Source of the DNA: Octopus vulgaris
Lineage: Eukaryota
Reading direction: 5' to 3'
Length of the DNA stretch: 64,000 nucleotides
NCBI GenBank assembly: GCA_951406725.2
Contig: OX597831.1
Coordinates: 66,154,001-66,218,000, forward strand
In this document: in pieces, positions 51,597 through 64,000 of the stretch
How the letters are laid out: each line of letters opens with the position of its first letter
Numbering within the stretch: position 1 is the first letter of the stretch
Program-made: the position numbers and the translations under genes
Notes under the pieces: generated by a model
Database searches by the model: none
The model's input: the letters and a program-made list of their open reading frames with translations, nothing else
What the model was told of the DNA's origin: nothing

Positions 51597-52008
51597 GCAG
51601 GAGTGGCTGTGTAGTAAGTAGCTTGCTAACCAACCACATGGTTCAGGGTTCAGTCCCACTGCGTGGCATCTTGGGCAAGTGTCTTCTGCTATAGCCCCGA
51701 GCCGACCAATGCCTTGTGAGTGGATTTGGTAGACGGAAACTGAAAGAAGCATGTCGTATATATGTATATATATATATATATATATAAGTGTGTGTGTATG
51801 TGTTTGTGTGTCTGTGTTAGTCCCCCCAACATCACTTGACAACCGATACTGGTGTGTTTACATCCCCGTCACTTAGCGGTTCGGCAAAAGAGACCGATAG
51901 AATAAGTACTGGGCTTACAAAGAATAAGTCCTGGGGGTCAATTTGCTCGACTAAAGGCGGTGCTCCAGCATGGCCGCAGTCAAATGACTGAAACAAGTAA
52001 AAGAGTAA
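51597..52008 (+). mobile_element. SINE family A
   Basis: Full-length match. Confidence 0.9.
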
Positions 52009-52382
52009 GCAAGTTAACAAAACTAGATTAAGATTAGTCTCAAACTGCCACATCTTTCTAGCTTATCCTACATGTGTGAACAAATGCTTTAACTGTGATA
52101 AGTTGGGCCATTTCAGAAAATTCTGTAGGTCAGAACCATTGAATGCTATTAAGTGTGTCTGGTGGGTGTACTAAACAAGAAATAGTTTTTAATGTATGCT
52201 GTGCAGTACTTGTTCTAGATCTTTACATTCTAAGTTCAAGTCCTGCCAAGGACAACTTTACCTTTCACTCTTTTGTGTTAAAGTATCAAACAAATATTGT
52301 GGTTGATTCTAAGGTTTCCCTTACCCAAACTTCAGGTTCTGTGCTTATGTTAGAAAATAATTGTAAAGCAAATTACAATTTA

Positions 52383-52637
52383 TGGAGATGTACTTGCAGA
52401 GCGAGTGACTTGATCTGAGATCGTGTGCTGGAAAGAAAATAATTGTAGCATGGAAGGTGTTTATAAGCCATTTAAGAAACACACAGAACCGTTAGATTCA
52501 CTTCAACATTTAAATTTAATTTGTCAAAATATTTTCATCGCTTTGAGACCGCGACCTGACAAATTAAATTTAAATGTTGAAATGAATCTAACGGTTTTGT
52601 GTGTTTCTTAAATGGCTTATAAACACCTTCCACACTG
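52383..52637. mobile_element. Fold-back Penelope-like mini-element (same family as 62960-63374)
   Basis: Inverted arms ~52451-52527 / 52557-52632. 13-bp TSD AAATTACAATTTA at 52370-52382 and 52638-52650. Confidence 0.8.
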
Positions 52638-53149
52638 AAATTACAATTTACATTGGATAAATTATGATTAGTTAAAATACAGCTGGATTCTGGTACATTT
52701 TGGTTTTACTATTAATCTAAATAATTAAAGAAAAGCATTCAATATTTTGTGATGGTTCAAAACTTAGAGGTAGTTAGTACTACAAAAACTTTGCTTGACT
52801 TTGGAGATTTAAAACAACAGCACTTCAACTTTGTAGTAATTAATTGCAATAATAACTTTTGATTAATTAAGGTGTACATTTAAAGATGTACATAATGTCA
52901 ATGTATTTCTTTTTAGCACCAATGAAAAGGTGACAATTTTGAAGATTTTCATGCTGCTACTGGCATCACCATCTGTCATGGGTGTCAAAGCCGTTGCTAT
53001 TCCCATCGTCATCGTCATATGGTGGTTTGGTAGAAGTTGTAGGGTGTCAATGTACATAGGGGTATTTAGTTTCATTCTTCTATTCTAGAGCTAACTTGTC
53101 TTGCGTCTTTCTAGGGTTGAATAGATACTAAATAAGTACTAGTAATATA

Positions 53150-53383
53150 CTTATTTCTTTATTGCCCACAAGGGGCTAAACATAGAGGGGACAAACAAAG
53201 ACAGACAAACGGATTAAGTCAATTACATCGACCCCAGTGCCTGACTGGTACTTAATTTATCGACCCCGAAAGGATGAAAAGTAAAGTTGACCTCGGCGGA
53301 ATTTGAACTCAGAACGTAGTGGTAGACGAAATACGATAAGCATTTCGCCTGGCGTGCTTAACGATACTGCCAGCTCACCGCCT
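53150..53383 (-). mobile_element. SINE family B (monomer)
   Basis: Reverse-complement match. Confidence 0.85.
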
Positions 53384-53819
53384 TAATATACTGAAATCAG
53401 TTCAGTAGACTATTTCACACACACACACATGCACACACACACACACAAACACATGCATGCATGCATGCACACACACATGTGCCTCCTGAAATCAACCCTC
53501 CCTACTTTGGCCCATGTCCTGATCCTTCTTCTCTCATAGTTCCCTTCTACGCATACAGCTTGGTTCTTCTTTACCCGACTCTCAAACTTCATCCTCATTA
53601 CATGTCTGTACTAGCTTCATTTTCCGTTATACATACTTCTACTGATTCTTTTTATACTCGTTCTATTTCTTTCAGCGCAATCAGACCTTGATTTCAAGCA
53701 CATTAACATTACACGTTCATCAGAGTATCATCACATTGTTTCTATCCAGTCCTCATGCTTCATTCACATTCGGTGTCCCATATTTCAGTACCATATACCA
53801 GCAGAGGGAGAGAGAGAGA

Positions 53820-53863
<44 letters not shown>

Positions 53864-53972
53864 GACAGGCAGACAGACAGACAGACAGACAGACGAACGG
53901 ACAGACAGAGTCAGAGACAGAGAGTTGGGTGGAAGGAACTGTTTCCTTCCAATTTTTATTCTGGCTACTCCA

Positions 53973-54164
53973 CAGACCTCCACCAAGCAGCTCATTTTAA
54001 GATAGATACGTGAGTAAAATTACTAATAGAAAAACGAAAATAAACTTTGGAAACTGCAATGCCACCATAGGTTACGTGGAAACGATGAACGTGTTTTCAA
54101 GGGAGATAATCAAAGAACATAACATTGTAATACTTCATGTAAAGTAAATATTGAAATATAACAA
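53973..54164 (+). mobile_element. Helentron/HINE-like fragment
   Basis: Near-identical to 57452-57635. Confidence 0.6.
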
Positions 54165-54501
54165 CCTTCATTGCTGATTAGGTCACCTAGCTAACAATAG
54201 CCATCAATTACTTCTACAGAACTTTCTGGGCATTTGAAAGAGATCATTTCACGATTGATCCCATAGCCAACTGCCACTATGCACTTGTTATACACACATA
54301 CATATATGTATATATAAATAGTGAGTTAAAGCTTATACATACACCTGGTAGGATGTTGATTAAAGCATGTTTACTGTCTATGGCTACCTGATGTCATCTA
54401 CAGAACTGATATAAATGCCACTGGATCTACCTCAGGAATTCCTCAGTGTTTGTCAAGCATACAACAAATGGGAGAAACAGAAAATGAAATTAACGAGATT
54501 A

Positions 54502-54890
54502 CTCTTTTATTCTTTTACTTGTTTCAGTCATTTGAGTGTGGCCATGCTGGAGCACCGCCTTTACTCATGCAAATCGACCCCAGGACTTATTCTTTGTAAA
54601 CCTAGTACTTATTCTATCGGTCTCTTTTGTCAAACCGTTAAGTTACTGGGACGTAAACACACCAGCATCGGTTGTCAAGCGATGTTGGGGGGGACAAACA
54701 CAGACACACAAACACACACACACACACATATATACATACATATATATGATGGGCTTCTTTTCAGTTTCCATCTACCAAATCCATTCATAAGGCTTTGGTC
54801 GGCCCGAGGCTATAATAGAAGACACTTGCCCAAGGCGCCACGCAGTGGGCTGAACCCAGAACCATGTGGTTGGTAAGCAAGCTACTTACC
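54502..54890 (-). mobile_element. SINE family A
   Basis: Reverse-complement match, with the head truncated. Confidence 0.9.
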
Positions 54891-54916
54891 ACTGCATCGA
54901 TCCCTTGTTTTGATCC

Positions 54917-55237
54917 ATCTTGCATCAATCCCTTGTGGCTGAGATTCTGGACAACCGGTTATGATGCATCATTTGGTGCAGATATGTCTCATCGGGCGAC
55001 TTTTCAAAAGATACCTTATCCAATAAACTTGGTTTCACCTATAGTCCTTGTGGTTTTGAAAGCACAAAGCCTGTAGGCAACATACCCACAGGCAAATGCT
55101 ATATAATCAGACCAAACAAAACAAAGATTATTGAATGAAGTACCTTTTGAAAAGTCACCTGACCAGACACGTCAGCACCAAAGGATGTACCATAACCAGT
55201 TGTACAGAATCTCACCCACAAGGCATCGATGCAAGAT
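54917..55237. repeat. Diverged inverted repeat (MITE/fold-back-like)
   Basis: ~115-bp arms 54917-55030 / 55124-55237, e.g. ATCTTGCATCAATCCCTTGTGG versus CCACAAGGCATCGATGCAAGAT. Confidence 0.7.
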
Positions 55238-55679
55238 TGCTTGAAATGATCTTTGAGATTAATAAAGAATCTCGTAAATTCCATTTTCTGTTTCTCTCAT
55301 TTGTTTATATATGTGTATATATGTATGGACCTTGTACACTCTGTTAAGTGGTCGGCATTAGGAAGGGCATCCACCTCTGTATTATTGAATAAAGGATAGA
55401 TATGCGTATATAAACTAAATAGTTTAGTGGATGTGTAGATGTAGTTAGCATCAGGAACATCTATGCAATGAATGCCTTTCAATACCTGAAAGATTCTGTA
55501 GACGTTATTGACAGCTTTTGTTACCTAGGTGACAAAATCCACAATGGAAGTAGGAGTTCTCAAAGCATAGGATCCAAAGTATGAAGGAAGCAAGGATATA
55601 AATTGACAGGTTTGAATTTTATAACATACACTGATTGGATAAAACAGAATAAAAACATATTACACACAAATACACTTAC

Positions 55680-55867
55680 ACACACACACACTCTCCCTCT
55701 CTCTCTCTCTGTTTTTCTCTCTCCCTCTATCTCTCTCTCTCTGTTTCTCTCTCTCTCTGTTTCTCTCTCTCTCTCTCCTTCTCTCTGTTTCTCTCTCTCT
55801 CTCTCTGTTTCTCTCTCCCACTCTCCCTCTCTTTCCCTCTGTCTCTGTTTCTCTCTCTCTCTCTCTG

Positions 55868-55898
<31 letters not shown>

Positions 55899-55932
55899 GT
55901 TTCTCTCTCTCTCCTCTCTGTTTCTCTCTCTC

Positions 55933-55978
<46 letters not shown>

Positions 55979-56125
55979 TCTCTCTGTTTCTCTTTCTCCC
56001 CCTTTCTTTCTCTCTGTTTCTCTCTCTTCCTCTCTCTGTTTCTCTCTTTCTTTCTCCTCCCTCTCTCTGTTTCTCCGTGCTTGTGTGTGTGTGTGTGTGT
56101 CTCTCTCTCTCACTCACTCACTCAC
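55680..56125. repeat. (CT)n-rich tract with a recurring CTCTGTTT unit
   Basis: Direct reading. Confidence 0.95.
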
Positions 56126-56492
56126 TTGTATGATCATTTTGTTCCATTTTATTCAATCAGCGACATTCAAACTTACCCACTCTGTGTCTGTTTTTATCCT
56201 AGTGGCTGAAATGGTTAATTATACTAGTGAAATTACTAGCTAAATGAAGTTGTCATTATAAATCTTATGACATCCATGATTCATATGCTTATTGCACAAT
56301 GAGGTAAAATGATGTGAAGTTATTTGAATCAGTATTTTGGACATTTTGCAGAAAACATTTCCTATGTACTAAGGAGATTTATACAAAGATGATAACCTCT
56401 TAATATCACACAGTATAAATGAGTATGTATTCAGAAAAGACCTTATAAAATTAGCGTAGCTAATTTTGAGAATATACCCTAAAATTAGATAC

Positions 56493-57837
56493 AAACTAGA
56501 AAAGCACTTGGAGAGCGCAGACCTCCGCCAAGCAGCTCATTTCCATCCATATACACGCATGCTGAAAATTGCCCAATTTCCCAAACCAACGCCAGCAAAA
56601 CCCATACTTATCTCAACCATCATCATCATCAACACTGTCTCTGCTTTCACCACAATCACCATCAAAACTACGATCACTACAATCAATTTCTTTACACAGT
56701 TGAAAATCCATTATCCGATACTCATGGGACCGAGATTGTTGCAGATTTTTGATTTTTCTAATTTTGGAGTGCTTTATTAAAAGAAAAAAATTGCATATAC
56801 AAAACAGAACATTTTGAGGATAGAAACCAGGTCTAAACACAATAGCTTATAGACATACTCTGAATGTAGTTTTATATAAATCTTTAATAATTTTTTTTAT
56901 ACTTAAGACCATCAGAAATGTTAAGACATCAGCCTCTACCCACGTTATTATGCTTTGATTAGAAGGTTATAGCATAGATTAGATTACTTAGATAAGTTTC
57001 GGCTAAAGTTGACTCAGGCCATGTCTAATTTAAAAGTACCACCTAGAAGAGATACACAGTCATTTCAGGGGAACCGTAGCCCATTAAAGCAGAGGGTTAT
57101 TGTTTTCAGAGACATATCTGGGTGTGGGTGGTTTATCTAGTATTTGTTGGGGGTAATCATCTAGGGATTATTTGAATACCATGAAGTCACTTTCCTCCTT
57201 TAAGTGTGTCTGGCATGATGTTGAAGAGAGCAGGGCCAATTGAGGTGAAATAGTTCTGTCATAGTGTTGTGATACAACACAAACATTTCTGTAGTGGACA
57301 GATGGCACGGGGTCAAGCCTCGGATGAATTTTAAAGATGGGCAATGTTGAGGGAATATTTTCCACATCATACAGATGATATAGAGCTCACAGCGGCGGTG
57401 GAGGGGGTAAAGCTTAAGCTTTTTGAGTCAATCCCAATAGTCAAGGCTTGTCAGACCTCTGCCAAGCAGCTCATTTTAAGATAGATACGTGAGTAAAATT
57501 ACTAATAGAGAAATGAAAATAAACTTTGGAAACAGCAATGCCACCATAGGTTACGTGGAAACGATGAACGTGCTTTCAAGGGAGATAATCAAAGAACATA
57601 ACATTGTAATACTTCATGTAAAGTAAATATAACAAATGAAAAATCCTTCAAGAATCCATAAAAATTCCCAGATCACTAACAAAATTTCATCATCTGTTCC
57701 TTGTGTCATTACCTACTTTTTCTGCAAGTTTCATTAAATACTATTTACAACTTTTAGAATTATTTTGCACACAAATGGACAGATGGACAAACCAACGCCA
57801 CTGAAAATATAACCTCCTTCCTTGGCGGAGATAATAA
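56493..57837 (+). mobile_element. Helentron/HINE-like non-autonomous element(s)
   Basis: 5' AAACTAGA...ACCTCCGCCAAG subterminal repeat, recurring at 57452. 3' ACCTCCTTCCTTGGCGGAG hairpin/inverse subTIR followed by an A-rich end. Confidence 0.55.
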
Positions 57838-58161
57838 ATTTTGCCTACCAGAAACATAATAAAAGAATATTACACATAAATAAGAAATTCAACCATCTAC
57901 CCAATATTCTATGAAATTCAATCATTAATATTAGTATATACATATCCTCACTACTTTGCAAAAGTAGCTTTACAGACACAATACATAGCCCATTCTAATA
58001 TTCACGAGTGTTTAATTTTATACACTCAATATTTTATGGTATAATTTACTTTTCAGTTTAAAAGTACAAATAAATATTGCAAAAAATTCCTGAATTCAAA
58101 CAATGACATCATAGGATATTTTTTAAAAGAAATTAGATTTGGGTAAGCTATTCTTACTTAC

Positions 58162-58486
<325 letters not shown>

Positions 58487-58580
58487 ATATATATAAAGAA
58501 TATGAGGGGTTTAGTTATGCTGGTTAAGTGCTAAGGCTCGATGTAGGGATCTGTGTTAGGGTTCTGTTATAGCAGGTATA

Positions 58581-58955
58581 TATTATATTAGAGGAAAAAT
58601 CAAAACCAAGACAGAATGAGTATCTCAAGTCATTTAGAATAATTTAATTAGGGTAAGGTGAATTTGAAGTCTTACACCTGTTTCTGGGATAACCCAAGTG
58701 GTTGGTTAACATATCTGTGTACTGGGTATTCCGTCATCAAAGGCAAGGTATGAATATTTTAGACAGGAAATATTCATACCTTGTCTCTAATGATGGAATA
58801 CCCAATGCACAGACATGCTGACCAATCACCTGGGTTATCCCAGAAATGGCTGTAAGACTTCAAATTTACCTTACCCTAATTAAATTATTCCAAATTACTT
58901 GAGATACTTGAGATACTCATTCTGCCATCGTTTTGATTTTTCCTCTAATATAATA
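58581..58955. mobile_element. Fold-back Penelope-like element with one hammerhead-like motif per arm (58669-58744 -, 58783-58858 +)
   Basis: Arms 58581-58759 / 58768-58955. Two-arm consensus GUCU-CUGAUGA-N-GGAAUACCCA...UGGGUUAUCC-CA-GAAA-CAGCUG-UA-AGAC. Confidence 0.7.
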
Positions 58956-59394
58956 TTTATATATATATATAAATTCTCATATATATTTGTACATCCAAAC
59001 ACACAAACATTTATATGCACATGTGCAAACACACACACACACACACACACACACTGAAATGGCTACCAGCTTGTTAGATGAGTAAGATCATGGTTCTTAA
59101 ATCCTACCAGTGGCTTGCAGAACTCGTAGGTTTGACATTTATAGAAATTCTTCTAACTTCTTGGTTGTTCTAGATCATTCTGATGATTTTAAATGTACCC
59201 CTCAGGTGCCTAGATAACATACAAGGTGGTAACAAAAGGTTCTCAGACTAATTTTGATTAATAGAAAATAACTTATTTACCTAATTTTTAACATCATCTC
59301 CTTTGAAATAGCCACCTTGTCCCAGCATTCCAGCTACTTCTGGAGTCTGACCTGGAAATTGTTTCCTGTAAGTAAGTCAAATGACCTAAACTTC

Positions 59395-60300
59395 CCACCT
59401 AGAGACTCTGCCTATCTCTCATCTTTTTGACCAGCAAATTCCCATTAGATTGCATTGCTGTCACATGTGTTGATAGAGCTTTTTCTGTCCTACTCTCCAT
59501 AAACTCTAGTGTTTTCCAGGATTTGGTGTTATCCCAACCTCTCTTCCTTCAATCCATCAATGACCTACGTGGCATCTCATCCAACAATGCCTGGTTGACA
59601 GTATTTTTTATTCCTCCACAAGCTTACCTTAACATGCATTGATTCCTTAAACGGAGACCTTGAGAGTAAACTCCAGCAGGATTATGCCACCCCTGTCTCT
59701 TTTAATATCAAAAAAATCTGAAGTACACAACTTGTATCAAGAAAACACCACCACCCCGCCCCACCCCACTATATGTGAGTGCACTCAGCTAGAGCCCTCA
59801 CAGTTGTTTCACCTGCTTGGCCTCACTATCATTGTAAATCCCGGATCTTTTCAGTTTGAACGGCAGTTTTCAACATAATTTCCTGGTAACTAAAGGATCT
59901 TTTCGGTTTGAACAACAGTTTTCAACATAATTTCTTGGTAACTAAAATATTTTAAACTTCGTATACTGGTAGAATGTGTCAAAATAAAACATCTTTTTGT
60001 ATTGGCTTTCTTGAGAAGATTGTAGTTTGTAAGTTTAACGTAGTTTAATTTCTCGAATTTCGGCATTTCTTACAGGCGTACTGTCTCCACTCTGTTTTTA
60101 CTGTGACTACTATGACCTCTGCCTCATACCTCTACTACTCGGGTACCCTCAACCCATTCCTCTCTCCACCTCTTGGTACACTTAGTGTGTCCAATCCCAT
60201 CCCAGCTCAGCACTAACTGCAGTGCCCAATTCTACATCTCCAGAATATCATCCCTCTGGAATCTTCTCCTCATTCATGTCTTTCCTACAAGTGCCAATAC
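59395..60300 (+). mobile_element. Degenerate CR1/Jockey-like RT fragment interrupted by a MITE end
   Basis: INSSVFQDLVLSQPLFLQSINDL resembles the RT motif GVPQGSVLSPTLFLLFINDL. Confidence 0.55.
59843..60065. mobile_element. Partial Merlin-like MITE with a tandemly duplicated terminus
   Basis: GGATCTTTTC.GTTTGAAC..CAGTTTT at 59843 and 59896. Confidence 0.7.
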
Positions 60301-60418
60301 ATGAAACACTCGGCCCTTGGGCCACACTGTGACTTCTGTTGATGAAATAAAAAATATATATATACTCATGTTTTGAGTTCTATTTTCCTGCTTGTATTAC
60401 CAAACATATACACACCTC

Positions 60419-60465
<47 letters not shown>

Positions 60466-60487
60466 GTCTCAATGTGTATATATATAT

Positions 60488-60693
60488 ACTCTTTACTCTT
60501 TTACTTGTTTCAGTCATTTGACTGTGGCCATGCTGGAGCACCACCTTTAGTCATGCAAATCGACCTCAGGACTTATTCTTTGTAAGCCTAGTACTTATTC
60601 TATTGGTCTTTTGCCGAACCGCTAAGTTACAGGGATGTAAACACACCACCATCGTTTGTCAAGCGATATTGGGGGGACAAACACAGACACAAG

Positions 60694-60737
<44 letters not shown>

Positions 60738-60865
60738 TACAATGGGCTTCTTTCAGTTTCCGTCTTCCAAATCCACTCACAAGGCTTTGGTCAGCCCAAG
60801 GCTATAGTAGAAGGCACTTGCCCTAGGTGCCACACAGTAGGACTGAACCCAGAACCATGTGGTTC
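60488..60865 (-). mobile_element. SINE family A
   Basis: Reverse-complement match. Confidence 0.9.
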
Positions 60866-60867
<2 letters not shown>

Positions 60868-60919
<52 letters not shown>

Positions 60920-61015
60920 AAAATGTCTGTGTATATCTATATATATATATATGTATGTATAAAATGTCTGTGTGTATATATATATATATATATAATATCT
61001 ATCTATCTATCTAGC

Positions 61016-61049
<34 letters not shown>

Positions 61050-61066
61050 AAATGTATGTATATATA
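60868..61066. repeat. (TA)n-rich tract
   Basis: Direct reading. Confidence 0.9.
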
Positions 61067-62821
61067 ATATCAGTCAGAAAGTATACGCAGTATGCATTTT
61101 CATGTGAAAGAACTCAATACAATAAAAAATGTGTGTTAGGAAACGGGTATCATTTGAGACATGTATATACATTCCTAGATCTATTGATCTCATCAGTTGA
61201 AAACACATCTCTTCATTATGGGGTCATTTTAAATGATTAAAATGTTTTTCTAACTCACTTAATATATGTTATAGGTGTAGTTGCTAAGAGAGATCATCAG
61301 AGTGAAGCCTCTGTGATGGTGCTTTAGCCATGAATTATTCATGAATAATGTTGGTTATGATGTTCATAGATTCTCTCGATATGCACAGCTTCTGTGATTT
61401 AGTACTGATGAATAAGAGTAGGTTGTCATGTTCTGTTGATGGATGAGGCTTCTATTTATAGAGAACGTACAAGTATATTGAGACTCTTCCTGCCACCAGT
61501 GGCTCTGCAAAAGGTCACCAGAACTGTTTTTCTTTCTTTAGCTATATCATACAAAAATGATATATAGTAGCATCTGGATAAAATGTGCATACAGATGGAA
61601 AAGATAGAGTGGAATGTGATGTCAAAGTGTTTGTAGTTAGAGCTGGTAGAGAGCAGTAATTAAGATGGGAAATAAGAAATGAACAACATTTGTAACTGTA
61701 GGCTCCAATCTTTGAGCATACTTCAAACCAACTTAAAATTACACACCTCCCAGCTACTTGACATTTCTAACTTTCAGCTAACATTTAATATCTGTTGAAT
61801 GATGTTTTTAATGAATCTTTGACAATGTGTATGGGGGGACAATTCTGGACATGCCTCAGCCTTAATCAGGGAAACATAACCTTAACTGTACTTGTCATAG
61901 TTGTGATGAGAGAAATGCTGAGGAGATGCAAAAGATTATGATGAACATGATGACCATCTGCTGCACCCCCTTTTTATTGCGTTTCAAACATTTCTTTGAA
62001 TTCCTGTGTTTTCAACAACAAAAATTACAATGTTGCCAAAGAAGCAGTTTTTCAAAATTTCAGTTTTACCCACCAACATCAAATTATTTGCTTTCAAAAC
62101 TTTTTAAATATATTTTAATTTCAAGTTTAAGAAAATTTGAAGATTATAATTCTGAAATTTTTATTTTTTATTTTTTTTATTTTAATACCTAAAAAATTTC
62201 CCTCAATCCTTGCTTTTGGCATACCTTGCACTCATCCAGTATCAACATTCTGGAATTTTTTAAGCCTGTCCATTTATTTGCTCATGATTAGATTCCTGCT
62301 GATTGGACATTAGGAGGACAGCCTCTCTGTGGTTGCATGACATGTTAGATATAACAGCAAAAGCTTCCTGAAATTACACACCTTTCACAACTTATAAAAT
62401 TTTTAAAAAAAGAATTAGTTACAAAATGTTTGGGGAGTATTTATCAATTTGAGATTGTCTGCATTTTAGTAAGAGTGGAGAATAAATTTGAATTGCATTA
62501 CCATCTGAAAAACATTTCCATATCGGAAGAAAGAAATTGGATGGTGAAGATGCAACAGTGACATTTTAAAGAGTGCTGATGCAGTGTTTTTCATAAGAAA
62601 ATAACATCCTGCATCTTTAAATGAAACTGTGATTGAAAATTGAAAAGGTGATGAATGAATTGTCATGTTTGTTTTAAAAATTTAAGATAATTTGAAACTC
62701 TTAAAACTTGTCCAACACCTTGGCAAAAAAAAGTAGAATTACTTGGATGCAAATTATGCCTTCTCATTAGTAAAGAGATGGTGAGTGACAAAAAAAAATT
62801 ACCTAACATTTGATGGTAGTT

Positions 62822-62867
<46 letters not shown>

Positions 62868-63034
62868 TGGAGGTTGGGAGAAATGAGAATCACTCTGCTG
62901 ATGCATTTCTTATTTCTATTGGGTGTTGATCATTATTCTGAAATTTCAAATAAATTAATGCAGCATGGAAGGTGTGTATAAGCCATTTAAAAAACACACA
63001 AAACCGTTAGATTCACTTCAACATTTAAATTTAA

Positions 63035-63085
63035 TTTGTCAAAATATTTTCGTCGCTTTGAGACCGCGACCTGTTCACTGACAAA
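63035..63085 (-). ncRNA. Minimal type I hammerhead-like motif, G3:C8 variant
   Basis: UUUGUCA-GUGAACA-G-GUCGC ggucucaaa GCGAC-GAAA-AUAU-UU-UGACAAA. Confidence 0.65.
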
Positions 63086-63120
63086 ACTTTGTGCTGCATC
63101 AAAGAGATGCAGCACAAAGT

Positions 63121-63234
63121 TTTGTCAGTAAACAGGTCGCAGTCTCAAAGCGACGAAAATATTTTGACAATGTAGCACAAAGTTTTGTCAGTGAACAGGT
63201 CGGGGTCTCAAAGCGACGAAAATATTTTGACAAA
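63121..63234 (+). ncRNA. Tandem pair of G3:C8 hammerhead-like motifs (63121-63170 with G5>A; 63184-63234 with intact core)
   Basis: Same fold as 63035-63085, repeated head-to-tail on the + strand. Confidence 0.6.
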
Positions 63235-64000
63235 TTAAATTTAAATGCTGAAGTGAATCTAACGGTTTTGTGTGTTTTTTAAATGGCTTATACACACCTT
63301 CCATGCTGCAATTGTTTTCATTCCAGCACACGATCTCAGATCAAGTCACTCGTTATGCAAGTACATCTCCGTAATTCAAATAAATTAATTTTCACAATCA
63401 TAATCTCCATATTTCTGTATATGTTGGATAAAATTGTTCAGTTTATGAAAAAATTTTCTAAGACATTTTAGATGCATGATTTGAGGGAGATTTGGCTGTT
63501 ATTTCTAACATCTCAAATAGTCACAAGGAGGTTTCCTTCTTTCATGTCATCTGATTGTCATCATTCAGCAGCTATCTATGCATGGGAAAGTTTAAAAACT
63601 TCCAAAGGTTTGTGTCAGACGGGTGTAAGTATTTTGAAAGCCAGAAGTGAAAGGGGTATTTTTAAGGATTGAAATTTTGGAAAAAGATCTTTTCAGAATT
63701 ATACTCTCCATCTTTAAAAGAAAAAAATTTGAAAATAAAAGCAAAAAATCTGGAGTTTAATTAGGTAACTGGTTTTTGAAAAGCTGTTTGTTTCTTTTTT
63801 GTTTGGGGGTGGGGCATCATCATGTTGCTGAAAATATAGGAATCCTAAGAAGTTTTTGAAAAACAAAGCAAAATAGGAGTGAAATGCATGTTCAACACAG
63901 CTACATTTGTTGCCATAGGAAAATAGAATTATTTAGAAATTAATTCAGGTATGTCATCTGCGTAATTCTGAAGTTAATACTATTATAGTAACGTATATGT

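Larger units (their letters stand above)
62960..63374. mobile_element. Fold-back Penelope-like mini-element with three hammerhead-like motifs
   Basis: Hairpin centred on 63101-63105. 15-bp TSD TTCAAATAAATTAAT at 62945-62959 and 63375-63389. Confidence 0.8.

Noticed and set aside
63106-63234. CRISPR-like repeat-spacer reading of the tandem units
   Set aside because: Two adjacent ~63-bp units with no unique spacers, in a eukaryotic context with no cas genes.

Overview
AT-rich, repeat-dense animal genomic DNA. The SINE families, the (TA)n/(CA)n/(CAT)n microsatellites and the TTAGGG motif point to an octopus or other coleoid cephalopod (inference). Only one host-gene exon is recognisable: a + strand exon of a cAMP-specific phosphodiesterase 4 (PDE4/dunce), encoding the second half of UCR1 ([29 protein letters not shown], 28742-28849). 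It has a 74-codon in-frame 5' extension that may be an alternative N-terminus. The rest appears to be two very large introns filled with tRNA-derived SINEs, RTE/R4/HERO/CR1-like LINE fragments, a Gypsy fragment, and hAT, mariner, piggyBac-like, Merlin-like, Helitron and Helentron-like elements. The most notable signal is a set of at least seven unrelated short non-coding elements, several fold-back, several in (TA)n and two with clear TSDs. Each carries a type I hammerhead-ribozyme fold of the Penelope-associated kind. They include a canonical-core copy on the PDE4 sense strand (58244-58300) and variants with compensatory U3:A8 (12851-12910) and G3:C8 (63035-63234) core pairs. All folds and alignments were done by eye, and repeat boundaries are approximate.
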